A stretch of DNA of 64,000 nucleotides from Bryobacteraceae bacterium (GCA_965219315.1 CBDCNB010000003.1:1894463-1958462), one strand, 5' to 3'. Shown: positions 39,345 to 49,269, counted from the first letter of the stretch. A program made the numbers and translations. Notes: a model not told the origin generated them from the sequence alone.

Positions 39345-41056
39345 TACCGGAACAGCCACTGTAGATAGAAAAATACAAAAAGCACAGCGCCCGCCCAAAA
39401 CACGGGACGAAAGACCAGCGGATAGTGTTTCTGCTGCGGTAATGCGGTGCAGCCATAAACCAAGCCCTGCAACTCTGTTTCCGGGCGCGGTTTGGTGAGA
39501 AGACTGACAGCCACTGTAACGGCCACGCAGATCAGCCAAGACCAAAGCATCCGGTACAGATTCTCTGCCATTGGCTTGGCGCTTGCCGACAGAGCAATCG
39601 TGGACAAGGCTGACGGTACCTGCCTTACCCAAAGCCACATTCCTAACGATGACCCAATGCCCGCAAGCAAACCCCAAAAACCGGCAGCAGGCGTTGCGCG
39701 TTTCCAGAGCATTCCCAATAGGACGGTTCCAAATAGCGGCGTGACCAGTACGCTGAACAGCGCTTGCACATAATCCATAATGCTGTTGAAGCGCATAGCG
39801 AGATAAGCCGTGCCGATACTGACTAGGACACCTAAAACCGTACTCCAGCGGCCCATTGCAAGGTAATGCGCGTCAGTGGCATTCGAACGCAGCAGGGGGC
39901 GGTATAGATCGTAGGTCCAGACGGTCGCAAACGCGCTCACATTCCCAGCCATGCCGGACATGAACCCCGCAATGAGGGCTGTAATGCCCAGCCCCAGCAA
40001 ACCTGGTGGCGCATAGCGAATCAAAAGTAGTGGAAGAACTTCGTTATAGGTATGTTGAGAAGCCGTCGCCGCCCCTTCCGGCAGAAGTCCTTGGCCGTTG
40101 TTCTCACCGGCCAGTACGGCGACGCCGATCAGTCCGGGCAGAATTACAATCGCCGGCACCAGTAGCTTGAAAAACGCTCCGATGATCGGGGCCATCTGCG
40201 CCGCACGCAGATTCTTCGCTGCAATCACTCTCTGCACGACCAGAAAGTCCGTCGTCCAATAGCCAAACGCTCCCACAAATCCCAAGCCGAAGACAATACC
40301 GGTCCAGTGAATGCCCATCGGATTGTCGCTGAAGCGCGCGGTGTTGGTCCAAAGATGGAGAAACCCGCTCGGAAGGTTTGCATTATGCAGAATGCGTTGG
40401 CGCAGGCCTTCGTAGCCTCCGCACTCTACTAACCCAAGGATGGGAACGACCAGTGCCCCAAGCCAGATAAGAACAAACTGTAAAACTTCGTTGAAGATAG
40501 CGGAAGTGAGACCGCCTAGCGTGACGTAAACCGCAATCGTTGCTGACGATACCCAAATGGAAAAGGTGAGATTCCATCCCAACACCACCTCCATCACCTT
40601 GGCCATGGCGAACATGTTGATGCCGGAAACCAGGATCGTCATACCGGCGAAAGAAAGCGCGCTGAGCGCCCGCGTGGACTCTCCAAACCGCAGTTTCAAG
40701 TAGCCCGGCACGGAGTGCGTTTTCGAAATGTAATAAAACGGCATCATCACCAGCGCAAGAAAAATCATCGCCGGAATGGCGCCGATCCAGTACCAATGGG
40801 CGGCTAACATACCGTACTCGTAAGTAGCAGCCGCCCACCCCATGAGTTCCAATGCGCCCATGTTCGCCGCGATAAAACTCAAGCCGGCAATCCAGGCCGA
40901 CATTTCCCGGCCTGCCAGGAAAAAATCTTCGCCCGTGCGGACTCTTCGCCGTAGCAGAACACCAAGGAAAATCACCGCCCCGAAGTAGAGCGCAATGACG
41001 AGGATGTCGATTGACGAAAGTGAAGTAAGTGTCTGAAGCGGGCGGGCGGGTGTCAC
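39344..41056 (-). CDS. sodium:solute symporter (SSS/SSF) family transporter
   Basis: 570 aa with about 13-14 TM segments and SSF-like sequence throughout. Start overlaps the PhyH stop (ATGA). Confidence 0.85.
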   Translation of the reverse strand: MTPARPLQTLTSLSSIDILVIALYFGAVIFLGVLLRRRVRTGEDFFLAGREMSAWIAGLSFIAANMGALELMGWAAATYEYGMLAAHWYWIGAIPAMIFLALVMMPFYYISKTHSVPGYLKLRFGESTRALSALSFAGMTILVSGINMFAMAKVMEVVLGWNLTFSIWVSSATIAVYVTLGGLTSAIFNEVLQFVLIWLGALVVPILGLVECGGYEGLRQRILHNANLPSGFLHLWTNTARFSDNPMGIHWTGIVFGLGFVGAFGYWTTDFLVVQRVIAAKNLRAAQMAPIIGAFFKLLVPAIVILPGLIGVAVLAGENNGQGLLPEGAATASQHTYNEVLPLLLIRYAPPGLLGLGITALIAGFMSGMAGNVSAFATVWTYDLYRPLLRSNATDAHYLAMGRWSTVLGVLVSIGTAYLAMRFNSIMDYVQALFSVLVTPLFGTVLLGMLWKRATPAAGFWGLLAGIGSSLGMWLWVRQVPSALSTIALSASAKPMAENLYRMLWSWLICVAVTVAVSLLTKPRPETELQGLVYGCTALPQQKHYPLVFRPVFWAGAVLFVFFYLQWLFR

Positions 41057-41862
41057 CCCGCCTCGCTAAAGATCACGGGATTGAGAGGCGAATTGAGTAT
41101 CTCGCCGATCTCCACTCCTGGGCACCAGCGTTGACGATCGTTTTGTTGATCTTTATTTTTGGGTTCGGTAAGTCGGATGTCCTCATCCACATAGATCACC
41201 GTAAACACTTCGCGCGGACGGTCGCTCGCGTTTGCCCCGGCCCGGTGAAAAGTCCAACCGGAATGGAAGCTCACCTCGCCTAACTCGAATGGGCTTTCGT
41301 GCACCGGGTAGGACTTCAAGCTGCGTTGAAGCTTTTGCTCGCTTTCGTCGCTGATTTCTAAATCGCGGCCTGTCTCGATTCGATAGCTGCCGGGCGCGAA
41401 GGCCAAGGGTCCCATTTCCAAAGGAGTGTTTTGCAGTGGAATCCAAGCCGTCACCGTGCGGTCCGAATCCACCGGCCAATAGTACTGATCGGCATGCCAG
41501 GGTGTAATCCCGCCCCCGGCCTCTTTGTAAAGTGCCTGATCGTGATACATACGCACGCCGCGGCATCCCATCAGTTGAGCTGCCATGCGGCCTAACCGCT
41601 GCCCCAAGGCAAAAGTTTTTACCTCATCGCTCTTGGTCCAGAGATTCATGATCTGCAAGAATGCTTTCTCGTAGACGGTGCGTTGTTCCATCGGAAGATG
41701 GAGGGTATTCAGCTCCTGTACCTTGGCCGCAATCGTTTGGCGATAGTGCTCCAGCGTCTCCGGCGCCAGCACCTTCTTCAGCTTGACGTAACCGTGTTCC
41801 TTGTAGAAATCGATTTGTTCCTGGGTGAGTTGATAAGGAGAATCAATGTCGAAGTCAGCCAT
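41053..41862 (-). CDS. phytanoyl-CoA dioxygenase (PhyH) family Fe(II)/2-oxoglutarate oxygenase
   Basis: HxD motif in TPWHADQYYW and a distal His in FHSGWTFHRAG. Start at MADFD (ATG 41862). The track ORF to 42138 is over-extended. Confidence 0.8.
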   Translation of the reverse strand: MADFDIDSPYQLTQEQIDFYKEHGYVKLKKVLAPETLEHYRQTIAAKVQELNTLHLPMEQRTVYEKAFLQIMNLWTKSDEVKTFALGQRLGRMAAQLMGCRGVRMYHDQALYKEAGGGITPWHADQYYWPVDSDRTVTAWIPLQNTPLEMGPLAFAPGSYRIETGRDLEISDESEQKLQRSLKSYPVHESPFELGEVSFHSGWTFHRAGANASDRPREVFTVIYVDEDIRLTEPKNKDQQNDRQRWCPGVEIGEILNSPLNPVIFSEAG

Positions 41863-41918
41863 AAAAGTACCCGAAAAGTAATTTGTCGCTATTTTACTCC
41901 TCCGAGTTTTTGCTAGCG

Positions 41919-42677
41919 TTAGCGGTGTCGCTGGAATCGTCTGGGGCGGCTTACATCCACGGCAAACATTCGTTCCAGCAATCGGGTCAGTGGCCCCAAT
42001 TGAGCAACGCGAGTACCGGTCACAGCAAAGGCTTCGATCTCTTCTCCACGAAAGAAAGTGTTGAGTTCTTTCGGCAGGCCGCCAGCAATGTCGTACCCGC
42101 CCGCAAACGGAGAAAACGCCGGCAAAATAATGCAACACGGAGTCACTAGAAACACTGGAAGCTTGCGGCCGGCTCCAGAGGCGTCACGCACCGGCAAAGC
42201 CGGATGCAAATGCCCCATCAGCAACGTCCCGTGCTCTGGAATAGCTGCCGTGAGCCGGTCGCCGTGAATAGCCGTAATGGCTCCCTCGCTCCAATACGAA
42301 ATCGTTTTCACGGGCAAATGACCAAACTCATGTGCAAACGCACGGTCGTGATTTCCTCTTACGGCAATCAATTCAGCGGAACTACCGAGATCTAGCAACA
42401 GGTCTTCCACCCACTTGCGTTCCGGTTCGCAGGGCCGCGGTGCGTGTACTAAATCTCCAAGAAAGATAAAGCGCTTCGGCTGTAATTCGCTGCTCAACTG
42501 CAGCAATTTTTGGCGCGACCGTTCGTCCGCCAAGGGGCCAAGTTCTCCCCGGCGTCGCTGCGCCCAGCCATAACCCAGGTGAATATCGGCGATAAGGACG
42601 GTCTTCGATTCCGGCATCCACAGCGCACCGGAAGAGTGCGCCGCCAAACCGGAATGAAGCGAAACAATAGTACTCAA
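41919..42677 (-). CDS. calcineurin-like metallophosphoesterase, PdeM-like (ligase-associated DNA damage response family)
   Basis: VLIADIHLG...FIFLGDLVHA...VRGNHD...HGD..GHLHP metallophosphoesterase motifs, with PdeM-like spacing and size. Confidence 0.55.
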   Translation of the reverse strand: MSTIVSLHSGLAAHSSGALWMPESKTVLIADIHLGYGWAQRRRGELGPLADERSRQKLLQLSSELQPKRFIFLGDLVHAPRPCEPERKWVEDLLLDLGSSAELIAVRGNHDRAFAHEFGHLPVKTISYWSEGAITAIHGDRLTAAIPEHGTLLMGHLHPALPVRDASGAGRKLPVFLVTPCCIILPAFSPFAGGYDIAGGLPKELNTFFRGEEIEAFAVTGTRVAQLGPLTRLLERMFAVDVSRPRRFQRHR

Positions 42678-42738
42678 ATATGTAGTATCTCAATCGGCGG
42701 TGGAGGTGCATCTTATCAAGCAAGTTAGGCTAAAAAGA

Positions 42739-43266
42739 ATGCAGCGCATTGCAATCGATATGGATGAAGTGATGGCCGACACAATGGCCCGTTATCTCAG
42801 TTTTTATAATGCCGATTTCAATCTTAATCTCACCCCCAGCTACTTCCACGGCCGGCGTATCTTCGATGTCATACCGGAGGAACACCGGGAGCGTGCTTTT
42901 CAATACTTTGAGGACGAGAGCTTCTTTGCCGACATTGAGCTGATGCCGGGGAGCCAGGAAGTAATCCGCGCCTTGCAAGAACGTTATGAGGTTTTTGTGA
43001 GTTCCGCGGCGATGGATGTGCCTTGCTCGTTTACCGCTAAATACAACTGGCTGAAAAGACATTTCCCCTTTATTCCGACCAGCAACATCGTGTTCTGTGG
43101 AGACAAAAGCATTGTCGCAGCCGATTATTTGATCGACGACAACACGCGCCACCTTGGCAACTTTCGCGGCGAAGGGATTGTTTACACAGCGCCGCATAAT
43201 GTCGCCGAATCGCGCTTTCGCCGCGTCAATAGCTGGGAGGATGTGCGGCGGATGTTTCTTGCCTAG
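42739..43266 (+). CDS. 5'(3')-deoxyribonucleotidase (NT5C, HAD superfamily)
   Basis: IAIDMDEVMAD motif I and CGDKSIVAADYLIDD motif. 175 aa from the MQRIAID start. Confidence 0.75.
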   Translation: MQRIAIDMDEVMADTMARYLSFYNADFNLNLTPSYFHGRRIFDVIPEEHRERAFQYFEDESFFADIELMPGSQEVIRALQERYEVFVSSAAMDVPCSFTAKYNWLKRHFPFIPTSNIVFCGDKSIVAADYLIDDNTRHLGNFRGEGIVYTAPHNVAESRFRRVNSWEDVRRMFLA

Positions 43267-43275
43267 GCAATAAAG

Positions 43276-45630
43276 TCACTCGCGCAGATCGAAGCCCAGT
43301 TTTCGCATGCCCTCAATCACGCGATTGTAGATTGCCGTGACTTCGTCTGCGTTCATGGTGTGGTCCATCGCGCCGACTTCGAGGTGGTACGACACGCTCT
43401 TTTTGCGATCAGGCAAAGGCGGGCCCGCATACTGCCGGACAAAGTCAATCATCGCCAAATCCGATCCCGCCAACTTTGTTAATTGGTCATGTATTTCGTC
43501 GACCGGCGTACGCAAGTCCGTCACCAAGGAAAGATCGAAGCCGCTGGTCGGATATTTTCTTAAGGGCTGGTACCTGACGGGGATCCGTGTGGAAAGCTCC
43601 TGGGCGATATCCAAATCCACGTCGAAAAGCATGGCGCGTCCTTCGATACCCTCGGCGATCAATAAAGACGGATGAAGTTCAAAGAAACGACCGATCATTC
43701 GATCACGCCATAACATCTGTGCCGCGCGCGCCGGATGCTCATAATCGCGAGCCTCCGCCGGTTGCAGCCGGCACCACGGAAACAGGCATTCGCCCACGCG
43801 CTTCAACTCGAAGAAATCCTGCTCATTCCCTTCGTTGTTGTAGAACAAGGCGACAGCATGAGTGCTTTCTTGCGGCAACTCCTCCGCCGTGCCGCGATGT
43901 ATTTCGCGACCAATTTCAAACAGCCGAAATTCGGGATAGTGCCGGACGTTATCGACTAGATTTTGGAATATTCCAGGCAATAAACTACGGCGTAGATGCG
44001 TGTGTTCCGACGCAATGGGATTGCGGATTGCTGTATGTTCCGCAATATCCAGTCCGAAGCGCGTCGCTTCTGTTTCATTTACAAAGGAGTAATTGTAGAC
44101 CTCCGTGAAGCCCTGCGCGGCGAGCTGCGCGCGAACCCGGCGGAGATACGTCCTCATGGGATCGACATAAGGGACAGTGCAGGCAGTCAGCGGCGGTGTG
44201 GGCGGAATCTCTCCATAGCCGATGATTCGCCCGATTTCCTCCACCAAGTCGTCTTTCAGCGCAATGTCTTTTGTGGCGCGCCAGGAGGGTACGGTGACAG
44301 TCAACAACTCCGGCGTTGTTCCGCTGACACCGAAGCCAAGCGAAAGTAGAATGCGTGTGATTTCCTCCGCCGTCAACAGCTTGCCGAGCTTTCGCGCGAC
44401 GAAGTTCACCGGCAAAGCAATAGGCGTCCTGCTCGGTTGCGGAGCGGCATTATCCGTGACGCCGCCCTTGATGACGATGTCGGGGCAGAGTTCTTTTAAG
44501 AGTTCTACCGCGCGTGCCAATCCGCGTAGCGTGTTCTCCGGATTGAGCGACTTCTCAAATCGCATCGAAGCGTCCGTGCGTAGCTTATGTCGCGCCGAAG
44601 TCACTCGAACGCTGGCCGCTTGGAAGTTCGCACTTTCCAGAACAATCCGTGTAGTTCCTTCCGAAATGGCGCTGTCGGAACCGCCTATTACGCCGGCGAT
44701 CGCAACCGGGCCGCCGCCATCCGCGATCACCAAATCGACGGTGCTTAAGGCATAATTTTCACCGTCGAGAGCGCGAATAGCTTCGCCTTCTTTTGCTTGT
44801 CGGACGAAGATTGTGTCGCCCCGCAGCCGGTCCGCGTCGAACGCATGCATCGGTTGCGGCAGTTCCGCCAAAACGTAGTTCGTGACATCCACCACATTGT
44901 TGATGGGATTCATGCCCAGGCTCTCCAGCCGTGCTTGCAGCCAAAGCGGCGAGGGAGCTACTTTCACGTTTTCCAAGACCAGAGCACTATAGCGTGGACA
45001 GAGTGCGTAGTCTTCGATTTGCGCTTGAATGCTACCTTTGCCCTCCGGCAGTAACTGCGCTTGTACCGGATCGCGCAGCCGTGTCCCGGTGATGGCCGCG
45101 ACCTCACGGGCCATCCCGACGTGTCCCCATAGATCGGGGCGATGGGTCAGGCTTTTGTTATCGATTTCGATGATCCAATCCGGAGCAAGCCCTTCCAGAT
45201 ATTGTCCAGGCTCAATGTTATGGAGCTCGAGCAAACCGGCATGATCGCGGCTGATGCCGAGTTCGGCGGCGCTGGCCAGCATGCCTTCGCTTTCCACGCC
45301 TTCGATTACCGCACGGCCAATGGTTTTTCCGCCTAGCGATGTTCCGGGCGGCACCCAAGGAAATAGTGATTCCGCGCGCACGTTATTTGCTCCACAGACG
45401 ACAGTTGCCTGTTTACCCTGTCCGGCATCGACGGTGACCGCCTGATTCTTTCCTTTCGGCAAAGGCCGCACCGCAAGAACGCGAACCGCCATTACGTTTG
45501 CAAAATGACCGCCCACGGCCTCGATGCTCTCGCATTCGGCGGTCTTCATGGTGATGAGGCTTTGCAACTCGGCCGGTTCGGTCGCCAGACCAGGAACCAG
45601 TTCATGTATCCACTGATAAGAAAACTTCAA
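43276..45630 (-). CDS. pheT: phenylalanine--tRNA ligase beta subunit
   Basis: MKFSYQWI N-terminus, with tRNA-binding, B3/4, B5 and FDX-ACB-like regions. 784 aa. Confidence 0.95.
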   Translation of the reverse strand: MKFSYQWIHELVPGLATEPAELQSLITMKTAECESIEAVGGHFANVMAVRVLAVRPLPKGKNQAVTVDAGQGKQATVVCGANNVRAESLFPWVPPGTSLGGKTIGRAVIEGVESEGMLASAAELGISRDHAGLLELHNIEPGQYLEGLAPDWIIEIDNKSLTHRPDLWGHVGMAREVAAITGTRLRDPVQAQLLPEGKGSIQAQIEDYALCPRYSALVLENVKVAPSPLWLQARLESLGMNPINNVVDVTNYVLAELPQPMHAFDADRLRGDTIFVRQAKEGEAIRALDGENYALSTVDLVIADGGGPVAIAGVIGGSDSAISEGTTRIVLESANFQAASVRVTSARHKLRTDASMRFEKSLNPENTLRGLARAVELLKELCPDIVIKGGVTDNAAPQPSRTPIALPVNFVARKLGKLLTAEEITRILLSLGFGVSGTTPELLTVTVPSWRATKDIALKDDLVEEIGRIIGYGEIPPTPPLTACTVPYVDPMRTYLRRVRAQLAAQGFTEVYNYSFVNETEATRFGLDIAEHTAIRNPIASEHTHLRRSLLPGIFQNLVDNVRHYPEFRLFEIGREIHRGTAEELPQESTHAVALFYNNEGNEQDFFELKRVGECLFPWCRLQPAEARDYEHPARAAQMLWRDRMIGRFFELHPSLLIAEGIEGRAMLFDVDLDIAQELSTRIPVRYQPLRKYPTSGFDLSLVTDLRTPVDEIHDQLTKLAGSDLAMIDFVRQYAGPPLPDRKKSVSYHLEVGAMDHTMNADEVTAIYNRVIEGMRKLGFDLRE

Positions 45631-45642
45631 CTCGCAATCCTT

Positions 45643-46668
45643 CTAAAACTGCGTCAAAAAGCGCAGGTCGCCGCCTTGCATTTGACGAATGTCGTCGATG
45701 CCGAAGCGCATCATGGCGAGCCGAGTGAGTCCAAGGCCGAAGGCAAAGCCGCCCCACTCTTCGGGATCGATATCGCTCATGCGCAGGACGTTCGGATGCA
45801 CCAGGCCACAAGGTAAGAGTTCCACCCAGCCGCTGTACTTACAAACCGGACAGCCGGCTCCATCGCAGATGAGACAGCGTATATCGAGCTCAAAACCGGG
45901 CTCCACAAAGGGGAAGTAGCCGGGGCGCAGGCGTACGGTGACATCCCGCTGGAAGATGGAGCTCAACAGCGTCTTCATGAAGTAGATGAGGTTGGCCACC
46001 GACACCTCGCGATCCACCATCATGCCTTCCAGCTGATAGAAAGTGTGTTCGTGCGAGGCGTCCACCTCTTCATTGCGAAACACGCGTCCGGGAGCGATCA
46101 TACGTAAGGGCGGCCCGAGTTTCCGCATGCCGCGCACCTGTACCGGAGATGTATGCGTCCGCAACAGATGACCGCTGGACAGCCAGAACGTGTCCTGCAT
46201 ATCGCGCGCCGGATGAGTGGCCGGGATATTTAGCGCGTCGAAGTTGTGCTCCTCCGTTTCGACTTCAGGGCCGCCAAGAACCGTGAATCCCAGTGAAGTG
46301 AACAGGTCTTCGATCTCGTTTTGCAATTGTGTGATGGGGTGCAGACTACCCGGGTGAATACCGGGAGCGGGCAGGGTGACATCGATCCACTCTTTCGCAA
46401 GGCGCTCTTCCAGCTCGGTTTGTTCGAAGCGGCGCTTTTTGTTTTCGTACTCGCTTTCCAGGTCGGTTTTGACCGAGTTCAAGAGTTTGCCGAGTTGGGC
46501 GCGTTCTTCGGGCGCTAGCTTTCCGAACTCTCTGGTGATCTGCGCCAACGCTCCTTTGCGGCCCAGCGCCTCGACGCGGCTTTCCTCCAACTCGTCGAGT
46601 GAGATGGCCGATGTAAAGCTGGCGAGCGTTGCGCGGCGAAGCTCCTCTAGTTGTCCATCGAGTGACAT
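45643..46668 (-). CDS. pheS: phenylalanine--tRNA ligase alpha subunit
   Basis: Class II motifs (HPARDMQDTFW, FRNE..D..H...F.Q.EG, GLGLTRLAM). Confidence 0.95.
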   Translation of the reverse strand: MSLDGQLEELRRATLASFTSAISLDELEESRVEALGRKGALAQITREFGKLAPEERAQLGKLLNSVKTDLESEYENKKRRFEQTELEERLAKEWIDVTLPAPGIHPGSLHPITQLQNEIEDLFTSLGFTVLGGPEVETEEHNFDALNIPATHPARDMQDTFWLSSGHLLRTHTSPVQVRGMRKLGPPLRMIAPGRVFRNEEVDASHEHTFYQLEGMMVDREVSVANLIYFMKTLLSSIFQRDVTVRLRPGYFPFVEPGFELDIRCLICDGAGCPVCKYSGWVELLPCGLVHPNVLRMSDIDPEEWGGFAFGLGLTRLAMMRFGIDDIRQMQGGDLRFLTQF

Positions 46669-46674
46669 TTCTAA

Positions 46675-47343
46675 CTATAGTTTCGCGCCTAGCTCTCCCA
46701 ACAGAGCGGCGATGTCTTTGTTTCCCTTCAAGAGCGCCATGTCCAAGGGGCATTGCTGATTGTCGGCCCGTGCGTTGAGGTCGGCGCCGTGCGCAAGTAG
46801 CAGCTCCACCATCTCGCGGTCTCCATTCTGCGAGGCGGCATGTAATGCGGTCCAGCCGCCTTCCTGCTTCGCGTTGGCGTCTGCGCCGTTTAAGAGAAGG
46901 AGTCGTATCAGCTCGATCTTTCGGCCCGCCACGGCGGCGTGGAGGGGTGTATTGCGCATGGCGTTAGTCGACCGCAGGTCCACATTCACTCCACGGTTGA
47001 GGAACTCCTGGGCTAATTGGGGCTGTCCAAAGAAGGCGGCTAGATGAAGCGGTGTCCAGCCATCTTGACTGCGCGCTTCCAGTAAATCTCGATTGCTATC
47101 GATTTGCCGCAGGACGTAGGGGCCCAAGCCGGCGACACAACCGGTGAATAGGTCGATGGTGGGATTGCGGCTGAGCAGGTAGTCTGCGATCTCATCTTGC
47201 CGGTAGTACTTCGCCAGCAGAAAAGCGCTTTGGCCCGCCTGATTCGGGGCGTCGAGCAATGACGGATCTTCCTCCAGCGCTGCCTGTATAGCGGGCAGAT
47301 CGCCACGCTTGACTGCATCGTGAAAAGAATTCAGGTCGGCCAT
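46675..47343 (-). CDS. ankyrin repeat protein
   Basis: Repeated GWTPLHLAA / NTPLHAAV / GWTALHAAS ..LL..GADxN ankyrin consensus. No signal peptide. Confidence 0.85.
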   Translation of the reverse strand: MADLNSFHDAVKRGDLPAIQAALEEDPSLLDAPNQAGQSAFLLAKYYRQDEIADYLLSRNPTIDLFTGCVAGLGPYVLRQIDSNRDLLEARSQDGWTPLHLAAFFGQPQLAQEFLNRGVNVDLRSTNAMRNTPLHAAVAGRKIELIRLLLLNGADANAKQEGGWTALHAASQNGDREMVELLLAHGADLNARADNQQCPLDMALLKGNKDIAALLGELGAKL

Positions 47344-47346
47344 ATC

Positions 47347-47808
47347 CTAGGCGGCGGGAAGGAACACTTTGTCGGTCTGGTTGAGTTCCCAGTCGAGGTG
47401 GTTGATGTAGAACAACAAGATATCGCGTGGATGCTTTCCCGAAAACTCATTGAATACGCGTTCTTGCCAGCCGTCGGTGAGATAAGCGTCCGGTTTGAGG
47501 TCCTTGTCGAAAAAGCCCTCTTCGTTCGGAATGCCCAGAGAATTGAGTACGTCGACGATCATTCCCAGATGCGACAGAAGAAACACTTGCGATAGATCGG
47601 TGGCGAAATCCTCTTCGCCGGCTTGGATGCGGGCCCACATTTTGGGTTCGGCTTTGCGGAGGGACTCGGAGTTGAGCTTGGAAAGGTGCGCGCGAAGCTT
47701 GAAGCGTTCGTACACCTGATAGGTTTTCAGTTTACCGATGGAAATACCGCGAATGAGCTGACGGAAGACGTCGGGACCGAGCGCCAAATAGACGCCACAC
47801 ATCTGCAT
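47347..47808 (-). CDS. hypothetical protein (no family recognised)
   Basis: 153-aa ORF with native-looking composition, 3 nt upstream of the ankyrin gene on the same strand. Confidence 0.5.
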   Translation of the reverse strand: MQMCGVYLALGPDVFRQLIRGISIGKLKTYQVYERFKLRAHLSKLNSESLRKAEPKMWARIQAGEEDFATDLSQVFLLSHLGMIVDVLNSLGIPNEEGFFDKDLKPDAYLTDGWQERVFNEFSGKHPRDILLFYINHLDWELNQTDKVFLPAA

Positions 47809-47882
47809 CGAGCCAAGATTAACATAGGGGCGGGGGACGACTGCGCTAGAATTTCAGGTTTTGGGCTTCTCCCGTCAACAAC

Positions 47883-49184
47883 ATGAGTAACTTGATTGTT
47901 CTTGGGGCGCAATGGGGCGACGAAGGCAAAGGAAAGATCGTCGACCTGCTCTCGGAAAAATTCCATGCCGTGGCTCGCTACCAAGGGGGCCATAATGCCG
48001 GGCACACCGTCTATATCGGCGAGACAAAGTATGTGTTAAAGCTCATCCCCAGCGGCGTTCTACGGCCCGGGGTAGTGGCGATCATCGGCAACGGCGTAGT
48101 GATCGATCCCGGTGCGTTGCTGGAGGAAATAGCCACACTGGAGGCCGCAGGGGTGGACGTAAAATCGCAGTTGAAGATCAGCACCCGAGCGCATGTAATT
48201 TTTCCATTCCATCGGACGCTGGAGAAGATGTCGGAAGGGCGCGAGGATCGGACGGCCATCGGGACGACATCGCGCGGCATCGGGCCTTGTTATGAGGACA
48301 AGGTGGCGCGGCGCGGCATTCGCATCGCCGACCTAGTGGACCCGGATTTCGAGAAGCTGTACCGATCGCTGGCGGAAGACAAAGAGCTGATCGCGAAGGC
48401 GTTTCAAATCAGCGAGCCGGGCGATTTCAGCCAGATCATGGCACAGTACCGGCGCTATGCGGACGACATTCGGCCACTAGCCTACGACACGGCGCATTTG
48501 CTAAACAGCATGATCGGCGACGGCAAGAGCGTGCTGTTCGAAGGGGCGCAAGGGACGATGCTCGACATCGATTTCGGCACGTATCCGTTCGTGACGAGTT
48601 CCAGCGCGGCGGCGGGTGGGGCCTGTACGGGGACCGGTGTGGCTCCGACGAAGATCGACGGCATCCTGGGTGTGTCGAAAGCCTATATTACGCGTGTGGG
48701 CGCCGGCCCCTTCCCATCGGAAGAGCACGGGCCGTTAGGCGAACAGATACGGACGGCGGGGCAAGAGTTCGGCGCCGTAACGGGCAGGCCGCGCCGCTGC
48801 GGCTGGTTCGACGTTCCCTTGCTGCGGTACACGGCGGAGGTGAATGGGTTCGACAGCTTGATCATTACCAAGCTCGACGTGCTGGACGAACTGGAAGAGA
48901 TTCCGGTTTGTGTTGCTTACGAGGTAGACGGCCAAGTGATGACGCAGATGCCGGCGAGCACTCGCCGTATGGAGGCGATTAAGCCGGTGTTCGAGCGACT
49001 GCCGGGATGGCGGCGATCCACTCGGGGAACAACGCGGCTGGAAGATTTACCGAACGAAGCCAAACGGTACCTGGAGTTTCTGGAGGCAAAGACGGGCATC
49101 GAGATCGGTTCGGTGTCGAACGGGCCGGAGCGCAATGAAACGATGATCTTTCGCGGATCGAAGTTGGAGCGGCTGCTGGCGTAG
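47883..49184 (+). CDS. purA: adenylosuccinate synthase
   Basis: GAQWGDEGKGK P-loop and GTTSRGIGP motif. Confidence 0.95.
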   Translation: MSNLIVLGAQWGDEGKGKIVDLLSEKFHAVARYQGGHNAGHTVYIGETKYVLKLIPSGVLRPGVVAIIGNGVVIDPGALLEEIATLEAAGVDVKSQLKISTRAHVIFPFHRTLEKMSEGREDRTAIGTTSRGIGPCYEDKVARRGIRIADLVDPDFEKLYRSLAEDKELIAKAFQISEPGDFSQIMAQYRRYADDIRPLAYDTAHLLNSMIGDGKSVLFEGAQGTMLDIDFGTYPFVTSSSAAAGGACTGTGVAPTKIDGILGVSKAYITRVGAGPFPSEEHGPLGEQIRTAGQEFGAVTGRPRRCGWFDVPLLRYTAEVNGFDSLIITKLDVLDELEEIPVCVAYEVDGQVMTQMPASTRRMEAIKPVFERLPGWRRSTRGTTRLEDLPNEAKRYLEFLEAKTGIEIGSVSNGPERNETMIFRGSKLERLLA

Positions 49185-49269
49185 TACCAAACGAACCCAA
49201 ATAGGGTTCTCGATGGGATAGAATGAGACCTCCAGATAAGCTTTTACTACTCGGATAGAAGGAACTTCA

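Noticed and set aside
41863-42138. N-terminal extension of the PhyH ORF overlapping the PdeM-like gene
   Set aside because: The extension is Cys/Arg-rich and collides with the 3' end of the PdeM-like gene in another frame. The PhyH-like sequence begins at MADFD (41862).
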